This document shows, piece by piece, positions 52,135 through 63,000 of a stretch of DNA of 64,000 nt. The stretch's first letter is position 1. Every line of letters begins with the position of its first letter. Location of the stretch: positions 2,046,001 through 2,110,000 of the forward strand of contig NC_087436.1 of assembly GCF_036321535.1 (NCBI RefSeq). The letters are read 5' to 3'. Source of the stretch: Camelus dromedarius (Eukaryota). The notes under the pieces were generated by a model. That model ran no database searches. It saw nothing but the letters and a program-made list of their open reading frames with translations, and was not told the origin of the DNA. Made by a program: the position numbers and the translations under genes.

Positions 52135-55100
52135 ACCTCCCCATAAATATGTATGGAGTGGAGTTTGCAACTGAAAAGAAACTTTGTGTTCCCAACAAGC
52201 TAGGTGAAGGACGGCATTCACACACAATTATCTCTCAGAACTGAGCATGTGGAGAGACGTTCGTTCATTTGGCAGGAAGGGAATTGTTTGCAGGAGAAAC
52301 TTTTTCTCTTGTTTCTCAGTATGTTTCCTAGTGCCGGTTTGAAGTTCCTGCAGTTTTCACTGTAAAACCGAGTTGGAGCTAGTACCTCCCCATATATATC
52401 TATGGAGTGGAGTTTGCAACTGAAAAGAAACTTTGTGTTCCGAACAAGCTAGGTGAAGGACGGCTTTCACACACACTTATCTCTCTGAACTTAACATGTG
52501 GAGAGACGTTCGTTCATTTAGAACAAAGAACGGGTTGCAGGAGTAACATTTACTCTGGGTTTTCAGTCTGTTTCCTAGTGCCGTATTGAAGTTCCTGCAG
52601 TTTTCACAGTAAAATAGAGTTGGAGCTAGTACCTCCCCATATATATGTATGGAGTGGAGTTTGCAACTGAAAAGAAACTTTGTGTTCCCAACAAGCTAGT
52701 TGAAGGACGGCTTTCACACACACTTATCTCTCAGAAATTAACATGTGGAGAGACGTTCGTTCATTTAGCACAAAGGGAACGGTTTGCAGGAGTAAATATT
52801 ACTCTGGAGTCTCAGTCTGTTTCCTAGTGCCGGTTTGAATTTCCTGCAGTTTTCACTGTAAAACCTAGTTGGAGCTAGTGCCTCCCCATAAATATGTATG
52901 GAGTGGAGTTTACACCTGAAAATAAACTTTGTGTTCCCAACAAGCTAGGTGAAGATTGGCTTTCACACACACTTATCTCTCAGAACTGAGCATTTGGAGA
53001 GACGTTCGTTCATCTAGCAAAATCGGTACGGGTTGCAGGAGAAACTTTTACTCTGGTTTCTCAGTATTTTTCCTAATGCCGGTTTGATGTTCCTGCAGTT
53101 TTCACTGTAAAACCGAGTTGGAGCTATTACCTCCCCATAAATATGTATGGAGTGGAGTTTGCAACTGAAAAGAAAGTTTGTTTTCCCAACAAGCTAGGTG
53201 AAGGACGGCTTTCACACACACTTATCTCTCAGAACTGAGCATGGGGAGAGATGTTCGTTCATCTACCAAAAATGGAACGGGTTGCAGGAGAAACTTTTAC
53301 TCTGGTTTCTCAGTCTTTTTCCTACTGCCAGTTTGAAGTTCCTGCAGTTTTCACTGTAAAAACGAGTTGTAGCTATTACCTCCCCATAAATATGTATGGA
53401 GTGGAGTTTGCAACTGAAAAGAAACTTTGTGTTCCCAACAAGCTAGGTGAAGTACGGCTTTCACACACACTTATCTCTCAGAACTGAGCATGTGGAAAGA
53501 CGTTCGTTCATCTAGCAGGAATGGAACAGTTTGCAGGAGAAACTTTTACTCTGGTTTCTCAGTCTGTTTCCTAGTGCCGGTTTGAAGTTCCTGCAGTTTT
53601 CACTGTAAACCCGAGTTGGAGCTAGAACCTCCCCATAAATATGTATGGAGTGGAGTTTGCAACTGAAAAGAAACTTTGTGTTCCCAACAAGCTAGGTGAA
53701 GGACGGCATTCACACACAATTATCTCTCAGAACTGAGCATGTGGAGAGACGTTCGTTCATTTGGCAGGAAGGGAAATGTTTGCAGGAGAAACTTTTACTC
53801 TTGTTTCTCAGTATGTTTCCTAGTGCCGGTTTGAAGTTCCTGCAGTTTTCACTGTAAAACCGAGTTGGAGCTAGTACCTCCCCATATATATCTATGGAGT
53901 GGAGTTTGCAACTGAAAAGAAACTTTGTGTTCCGAACAAGCTAGGTGAAGGACGGCTTTCACACACACTTATCTCTCTGAACTTAACATGTGGAGAGACG
54001 TTCGTTCATTTAGAACAAAGAACGGGTTGCAGGAGTAACATTTACTCTGGGTTTTCAGTCTGTTTCCTAGTGCCGTATTGAAGTTCCTGCAGTTTTCACA
54101 GTAAAATAGAGTTGGAGCTAGTACCTCCCCATATATATGTATGGAGTGGAGTTTGCAACTGAAAAGAAACTTTGTGTTCCCAACAAGCTAGTTGAAGGAC
54201 GGCTTTCACACACACTTATCTCTCAGAAATTAACATGTGGAGAGACGTTCGTTCATTTAGCACAAAGGGAACGGTTTGCAGGAGTAAATATTACTCTGGA
54301 GTCTCAGTCTGTTTCCTAGTGCCGGTTTGAATTTCCTGCAGTTTTCACTGTAAAACCTAGTTGGAGCTAGTGCCTCCCCATAAATATGTATGGAGTGGAG
54401 TTTACACCTGAAAATAAACTTTGTGTTCCCAACAAGCTAGGTGAAGATTGGCTTTCACACACACTTATCTCTCAGAACTGAGCATTTGGAGAGACGTTCG
54501 TTCATCTAGCAAAATCGGAACGGGTTGCAGGAGAAACTTTTACTCTGGTTTCTCAGTATTTTTCCTAATGCCGGTTTGATGTTCCTGCAGTTTTCACTGT
54601 AAAACCGAGTTGGAGCTATTACCTCCCCATAAATATGTATGGAGTGGAGTTTGCAACTGAAAAGAAAGTTTGTTTTCCCAACAAGCTAGGTGAAGGACGG
54701 CTTTCACACACACTTATCTCTCAGAACTGAGCATGGGGAGAGATGTTCGTTCATCTACCAAAAATGGAACGGGTTGGAGGAGAAACTTTTACTCTGGTTT
54801 CTCAGTCTTTTTCCTACTGCCAGTTTGAAGTTCCTGCAGTTTTCACTGTAAAAACGAGTTGTAGCTATTACCTCCCCATAAATATGTATGGAGTGGAGTT
54901 TGCAACTGAAAAGAAACTTTGTGTTCCCAACAAGCTAGGTGAAGTACGGCTTTCACACACACTTATCTCTCAGAACTGAGCATGTGGAAAGACGTTCGTT
55001 CATCTAGCAGGAATGGAACAGTTTGCAGGAGAAACTTTTACTCTGGTTTCTCAGTCTGTTTCCTAGTGCCGGTTTGAAGTTCCTGCAGTTTTCACTGTAA

Positions 55101-55193
55101 ACCCGAGTTGGAGCTAGAACCTCCCCATAAATATGTATGGAGTGGAGTTTGCAACTGAAAAGAAACTTTGTGTTCCCAACAAGCTAGGTGAAG
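52135..55193 (+). repeat. 6-monomer tandem duplication (period 1492 bp) nested in the second 29-mer copy
   Basis: ORF pairs 52407/53899, 52645/54137 and 53251/54743. The corresponding block is single-copy in the first 29-mer (~44.9-46.5 kb). Confidence 0.9.
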
Positions 55194-57029
55194 TACGGCT
55201 TTCACACACTATTATCTCTCAGAACTGAGCATGTGGAGACGTTCGTTCATCTAGCAGGAATGGATCAGTTTGCAGGAGAAACTTTTACTCTGGTTTCTCA
55301 GTCTGTTTCCTAGTGCCGGTTTGAAGTTCCTGCAGTTTTCACTGTAAAACCTAGTTGGAGCTAGGAGCTACACATATATATGTATGGAGTGGAGTTTGCA
55401 ACTGAAAAGAATCTTTGTGTTCCCAAAAGCTAGGTGAAGGACGGCTTTCACACACACTTATCTCTGAGAACTTAACCTGTGGAGAGACGTTCGTTCATTT
55501 AGCACAAAAGGAACGGTTTGCAGGAATAAATATTACTCTGGAATCTCAGTCTGTTTCCTAGTGCCGGTTTGAAATTCCTGCAGTTTTCACTGTAAAACAG
55601 AGTTGGAGCTAGTACTTCCATATAAATATATATGGAGTGGAGTTTGCAACTGAAAAGAATCTTTGTATTCCCAAGTAGCTAGGTGAAGGACGGCTTTCAC
55701 AAACACTTACCTCAGAACAGAGCATGAGGAGAGACGGTCGTTCATCTAGCACAAAAGGAACGGGTTGCAGGAGAAAGTTTTACTCTGGGTTCTCGGTATG
55801 TTTCCTAGTGCCGGTTTGAAGTTCCTGCAGTTTTCACTGTAAAACCGAGTTGGAGCTAGTAGCTCCCCATATATATGTATGGAGTGGAGTTTGCAACTGA
55901 AAAGAAACTTTGTGTTCCCAACAAGCTAGGTGAAGGACGGCTTTCACACACACTTATCTCTCAGAACTTAACATGTGGAGAGACTTTCGTTCATTTAGCA
56001 CAAAGGAACGGGTTGCAGGAGTAACATTTACTCTGGAATATCAGTCTGTTTCCTAGTGCCGGTTTGAAGTTCCTGCAGTTTTCACTGTAAACCCGAGTTG
56101 GAGCTAGTACCTCTCCATAAATATGTATGGAGTGGAGTTTGCAACTGAAAAGAAACTTTGTGTTCCCAACAAGCTAGGTGAAGGACGGCTTTCACACACA
56201 CTTAACTCTCAGAACTGAGCATGTGGAGAGACGTCGTTCATCAAGCACAAAGGGAACGGGTTGCAGGAGAAACATTTAATCTGGATTCTCAGTCTGTTTC
56301 CTAGTGCCGGTTTGACGTTCCTGCAGTTTTCACTGCAAAACCGAGTTGGAGCTAGTACCTCCCCATGTATATGTATGGATTGGATTTTGCAAGTGAAAAG
56401 AAACATTGTGTTCCCAACAAGCTAGGTGAAGGACGGCTTTCAGACACACTTATCTCTCAGAACTGAGCATGTGGAGAGACATTCGTTCATCTAGCACAAA
56501 GGGAACGGTTTACAGGAGAAACTTTTACTCTGGTTTCTCAGTCTGTTTCCTAGTGCCGTTTTGAAGTTCCTGCAGTTTTCACAGTAAAACCGAGTTGGGG
56601 CTAGTACCTCCCCATATATTTGTATGGAGTGGAGTTTGCAACTGAAAAGAAACTTTGTGTTCCCAACAAGCTAGGTGAAGGACGGCTTCCTCACACACTT
56701 ACCTCTCAGAACTGAGCATGTGGAGAGACGTTCGTTCATCTAGCAAAAAGGGAACGGGTTGCAGGAGAGACTTTTACTCTGGTTTCTCAGTCTTTTTCAT
56801 ACTGCCGGTTTGAAGTTCCTGCAGCTTTCCCTGTAAAACCGAGTTGGAGCTATTACCTCCCCATAAATATGTATGGATTGGAGTTAGCAACTGAAAAGAA
56901 ACTTTGTGTTCCCAACAAGATAGGTGAAGTACGGCTTTCACACAGACTTATCTATCAGAACTAAGCATGTGGAGAGACGATCGTTCATCAAGCACAAAGG
57001 GAACTGGTTGCAGGAGAAACTTTTACTCT

Positions 57030-60000
57030 GGATTCTCAGTCTGTTTCCTAGTGCCGGTTTGAATTTCTTGCAGTTTTCACTGTAAAACCGAGCTGGAGAT
57101 AGTATCTCCCCTTATATATGTATGGAGTGGAGTTTGCAACTGAAAAGAAACTTTGTGTTCCCAACAAGCTAGGTGAAGGACGGCTTTCACACACAATTAT
57201 CTCTCAGAACTGAGCATGTGGAGAGACGTTCGTTCATTTAGCACAAAGGGAATGGGAGGCAGGAGAAACTTTTACTCTGGTTTCTCAGTCTGTTTCCTAG
57301 TGCCGGTTTGAAGTTCCTGCAGTTTTCACTGTAAAATCGAGTTCGAGCTAGTACCTACCCATATATATTTATGGATTGCAGTTTGCAAGAGGAAAGAAAC
57401 TTTGTGTTCCCAACAAGATAGGTGAAGGACGGCTTTCACACACACATATCTCTCAGAACTGAGCATGTGGAGAGACTATCGTTCATCAAGCACAAAGGGA
57501 ACGGGTTGCAGGAGAAACTTTTACTCTGGATTCTCAGTCTGTTTCCTAGTGCCTGTTTGAAGTTCCTGCCGTTTTCACTGTAAATCCGGGTTGGAGCTAG
57601 TAACTCCGCATATATATGTATGGAGTGGAGTTTGCAACTGAAAAGAATCTTTGTCTTCCCAAGAAGCTAGGTGAAGGGCGGCTTTCACACACACTTATCT
57701 CTCAGAACAGAGCATGTGGAGAGACGTTCGTTCATCTAGCACAAAGGGAACGGGTTGCAGGAGAAAGTTTTACTCTGGTTTGTCAGTATGTTTCCTAGTG
57801 CCGGTTTGAGGTTCCTGCAGTTTTCACTGTAAAACCGAGTTGGAGCTAATACCTCCCCATATATATGTATGGAGTGGAGTTTGCAACTGAAAAGAAACTT
57901 TGTGTTCCCAACAAGCTAGGTGAAGGACGGCTTTCACACACACATATGACTCAGAACTGAGCATGTGGAGAGACGATCGTTCATCAAGCCCAATGGGAAC
58001 GGGTTGCAGGAGAAACGTTTACTCTGGATTCTCAGTCTGTTTCCTAGTGCCGGTTTGAAATTCCTGCAGTTTTCACTGTAAAACCGAGTTGGAGCTAGTA
58101 CCTCCACATATATATGTATGGAGTTGAGTTTGCAAATTAAAAGAAACTTTGTGTTCCCAACAAGCTAGGTGAAGGACGGCTTTCACACACACTTATCTCT
58201 AAGAACTGAGCATGTGGAGAGACGTTCTTTCATCTAGCAAAAAGGGAACGGGTTGCAGGAGAAACTTTTACTATGTTTTCTAAGTCTGTTTCCTAGTGCC
58301 GGTTTGAAGTTCCTGCAATTTTCACTGTAAAACCGAGTTGGAGCTAGTACCTCCCCATATATATGTATGGATTGGAGTTTGCAAGTGAAAAGAAACTTTG
58401 TGTTCCCAACAAGCTAGGTGAAGGATGGCTTTCACACACACTTATCTCACAGAACTGAGCATGTGGAGAGACGTTCGTTCATCTAGCACGAAGGGAATGG
58501 TTTACAGGAGAAACTTTTACTCTGGTTTCTCAGTCTGTTTCCTTGTGCCGGTTTGAAGTTCCAGCAGTTTTCATTGTAAAACCATGTTGGAGCTAGTACC
58601 TCCCCATAAATATGCATGGAGTGGAGTTTGCAACTGAAAAGAATCTTTGAATTCCCAAGAAGCTAGGTGATGGACTGCTTTCACACACACTTATCTCTCA
58701 GAACAGAGCATGTGGAGAGACGTTCGTTCATCTAGCAAAAAAGGGAACGGGTTGCAGGTGTAACTTTTACTCTGGTTTCTCAGAATTTTTCCTACTGCCG
58801 GTTTGAAGTTCCTGCAGTTTTCACTGTAAAACCAAGTTGGAGCTATTACCTCCCCATAAATAAGTATGGAGTGGAGTTTGCAACTGAAAAGAAACTTTGT
58901 GTTCCCAACAAGCTAGGTGAAGGACGGCTTTCACACACACTTATCTCTCAGAACTGAGCATGTGGAGAGACGATCGTTCCTCAAGCACAAAGGGAACGGG
59001 TTGCTGGAGAAACTTTTACTCTGGATTCTCAGTCTGTTTCCTAGTGCCTGTTTGAAGTTCCTGCCGTTTTCACTATAAATCCGAGTTGGAGCTAGTACCT
59101 CCCCATATATATGTATGGAGTGGAGTTTGCAACTGAAAAGAAACTTTGTGTTCCCAACAAGCTAGGTGAAGGACGGCTTTCACACACACTTATCCCTCTG
59201 AACTGAGCATGTGGATAGACGTTCGTTCATCTAGCACAAAGGGAACGGTTTGCAGGAGAAACTTTTACTCTGGTATCTCAGTCTGTTTCCTAGTGCCGGT
59301 TTGAAGTTCCTGCAGTTTTCACTGTAAAACCGAGTTGTAGCTAGTACCTACCCATATATATGTATGGATTTGAGTTTGCAAGTGAAAAGAAACTTTGTGT
59401 TCCCAACAAGCTATGTGAAGGACGGCTTTCACACACACTTATCTCTCAGAACTGAGCATGTGGAGAGACGTTCGTTCATCTAGCACAAAGGGAACGGGTT
59501 GCAGGAGAAAGTTTTACTCTGTTTTGTCAGTATGTTTCCTAGTGCCGGTTTAAAGTTCCTGCAGTTTTCACTGTAAAACCGAGTTGGAGCTAATACCTCC
59601 CCATATATATGTATGGAGTGGAGTTTGCAACTGAAAAGAAACTTTGTGTTCCCAACAAGCTAGGTGAAGGACGGCTTTCACACACACTTATCTCTCAGAA
59701 TTGAGCATGTGGAGAGACGATAGTTCATCAAGAACAAAGGGAACGGGTTGCAGGAGAAACTTTTACTCTGGATTCTCAGTATGTTTCCTAGTGCTGGTTT
59801 GAAGTTCCTGCAGTTTTCACTGTAAAACCGAGTTGGAGCTAGTACCTCCCCATGTATATGTATGGAGTGGAGTTTGCAAGTGAAAAGAAACTTTGTGTTC
59901 CCAACAAGCTAGGTGAAGGACGGCTTTCACACACACATATCTCTCAGAACTGAGCATGTGGAGAGACGATCGTTCATCAAGCACAATGGGAACGGGTTGC

Positions 60001-63000
60001 AGGAGAAACTTTTACTCTGGATTCTCAGTCTGTTTCCTAGTGCCGGTTTGAAATTCCTGCAGTTTTCACTGTAAAACCGAGTTGGAGCTAGTACCTCCAC
60101 ATATATATGTATGGAGTAGAGTTTGCAACTTAAAAGAAACTTTGTGTTCCCAACAAGCTAGGTGAAGGACGGCTTTCACACACACTTATCTCTAAGAACT
60201 GAGCATGTGGAGAGACGTTCGTTCATCTAGCAAAAAGGGAACGGGTTGCAGGAGAAACTTTTACTATGGTTTCTAAGTCTGTTTCCTAGTGCCGGTTTGA
60301 AGTTCCTGCAATTTTCACTGTAAAACCGAGTTGGAGCTAGTACCTCCCCATATATATGTATGGATTGGAGTTTGCAAGTGAAAAGAAACTTTGTGTTCCC
60401 AACAAGCTAGGTGAAGGACGGCTTTCACACACACTTATCTCTCAGATCTGAGCATGTGGAGAGACGTTCGTTCATCTAGCACGAAGGGAATGGTTTACAG
60501 GAGAAATTTTTACTCTGGTTTCTCAGTCTGTTTCCTTGTGCCGGTTTGAAGTTCCTGCAGTTTTCATTGTAAAACCATGTTGGAGCTAGTACCTCCCCAT
60601 AAATATGCATGGAGTGGAGTTTGCAACTGAAAAGAATTTTTGTATTCCCAAGAAGCTAGGTGAAGGACTGCTTTCACACACACTTATCTCTCAGAACAGA
60701 GCATGTTGAGAGACGTTCGTTCATCTAGCACAAAGGGAACGGTTTGCAGGAGAAACTTTTACTCTGGTATCTCAGTCTGTTTCCTAGTGCCGGTTTGAAA
60801 TTCCTGCAGTTTTCACTGTAAAACCGAGTTTTAGCTAGTACCTACCCATATATATGTATGGATTGGAGTTTGCAAGTGAAAAGAAACTTTGTGTTCCCAA
60901 CAAGCTAGGTGAAGGACGGCTTTCACACACAATTATCTCTCAGAACTGAGCATGTGGAGAGACGTTCGTTCATCTAGCACGAAAGGAATGGTTTACAGGA
61001 GAAACTTTTACTCTGGTTTCTCAGTCTGTTTCCTTGTGCCGGTTTGAAGTTCCTGCAGTTTTCACTGTAAAACCGAGTTGGAGCTAGTACCTCCCCATAA
61101 ATATGTATGGAGTGGAGTTTGCAACTGAAAAGAATCTTTGTCTTCCCAAGAAGCTAGGTGAAGGGCGGCTTTCACACACACTTATCTCTCAGAACAGAGC
61201 ATGTGGAGAGACGTTCGTTCATCTAGCACAAAGGGAACGGGTTGCAGGAGAAAGTTATACTCTGTTTTGTCAGTATGTTTCCTTGTGCCGGTTTAAAGTT
61301 CCTGCAGTTTTCACTGTAAAACCGAGTTGGAGCTAATACCTCCCCATATATATGTATGGAGTGGAGTATGCAACTGAAAAGAAACTTTGTGTTCCCAACA
61401 AGCTAGGTGAAGGACGGCTTTCACACACACTTATCTCTCAGAATTGAGCATGTGGAGAGACGATAGTTCATCAAGCACAAAGGGAACGGGTTGCAGGAGA
61501 AACTTTTACTCTGGATTCTCAGTATGTTTCCTAGTGCTGGTTTGAAGTTCCTGCAGTTTTCACTGTAAAACCGAGTTGGAGCTAGTACCTCCCCATGTAT
61601 ATGTATGGAGTGGAGTTTGCAAGTGAAAAGAAACTTTGTGTTCCCAACAAGCTAAATGAAGGACGGCTTTCACACACACATATCTCTCAGAACTGAGCAT
61701 GTGGAGAGACGATCGTTCATCAAGCACAATGGGAACGGGTTGCAGGAGAAAATTTTACTCTGGATTCTCAGTCTGTTTCATAGTGCCGGTTTGAAATTCC
61801 TGCAGTTTTCACTGTAAAACCGAGTTGGGGCTAGTACCTCCACATATAAATGTATGGAGTTGAGTTTGCAAGTGAAAAGAAACTTTGTGTTCCCAACAAG
61901 CTAGGTGAAGGACGGCTTTCACACACACATATCTCTCAGAACTGAGCATGTGGAGAGACGATCGTTCATCAAGCACAATGGGAACGGGTTGCAGGAGAAA
62001 CTTTTACTCTGGATTCTCAGTCTGTTTCCTAGTGCCGGTTTGAAATTCCTGCAGTTTTCACTGTAAAACCGAGTTGGAGCTAGTACCTCCACATATATAT
62101 GTATGGAGTAGAGTTTGCAACTTAAAAGAAACTTTGTGTTCCCAACAAGCTAGGTGAAGGACGGCTTTCACACACACTTATCTCTAAGAACTGAGCATGT
62201 GGAGAGACGTTCGTTCATCTAGCAAAAAGGGAACGGGTTGCAGGAGAAACTTTTACTATGGTTTCTAAGTCTGTTTCCTAGTGCCGGTTTGAAGTTCCTG
62301 CAATTTTCACTGTAAAACCGAGTTGGAGCTAGTACCTCCCCATATATATGTATGGATTGGAGTTTGCAAGTGAAAAGAAACTTTGTGTTCCCAACAAGCT
62401 AGGTGAAGGACGGCTTTCACACACACTTATCTCTCAGATCTGAGCATGTGGAGAGACGTTCGTTCATCTAGCACGAAGGGAATGGTTTACAGGAGAAACT
62501 TTTACTCTGGTTTCTCAGTCTGTTTCCTTGTGCCGGTTTGAAGTTCCTGCAGTTTTCATTGTAAAACCATGTTGGAGCTAGTACCTCCCCATAAATATGC
62601 ATGGAGTGGAGTTTGCAACTGAAAAGAATTTTTGTATTCCCAAGAAGCTAGGTGAAGGACTGCTTTCACACACACTTATCTCTCAGAACAGAGCATGTTG
62701 AGAGACGTTCGTTCATCTAGCACAAAGGGAACGGTTTGCAGGAGAAACTTTTACTCTGGTATCTCAGTCTGTTTCCTAGTGCCGGTTTGAAATTCCTGCA
62801 GTTTTCACTGTAAAACCGAGTTTTAGCTAGTACCTACCCATATATATGTATGGATTGGAGTTTGCAAGTGAAAAGAAACTTTGTGTTCCCAACAAGCTAG
62901 GTGAAGGACGGCTTTCACACACACTTATCTCTCAGAACTGAGCATGTGGAGAGACGTTCGTTCATCTAGCACGAAAGGAATGGTTTACAGGAGAAACTTT

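Larger units (their letters stand above)
6220..57030 (+). repeat. Array domain II: mosaic of reshuffled multi-monomer cassettes and recent tandem duplications
   Basis: Diagnostic variants GAACTTAATGCAG, CAAACACAAATGG..CAGCAGAAAAT, GTTAGAACC..ATAGATTGCAG..CATTGAGTTCC and CTACTGCCTTTTTG were seen only in this interval. The minus-strand 'MPSFTKL' ORF marker occurs 10 times between 8.7 and 48.5 kb. Confidence 0.75.
41100..57032 (+). repeat. Tandem duplication of a 29-monomer (~7.2 kb) block; the second copy is lengthened by a nested 6-mer duplication
   Basis: ORF offsets are 7209 (41032/48241, 42954/50163, 43300/50509, 44195/51404), 7206-7208 further along, then ~8697 after the nested duplication (47709/56406). 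The junction lies at ~48309-48335. Confidence 0.9.
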
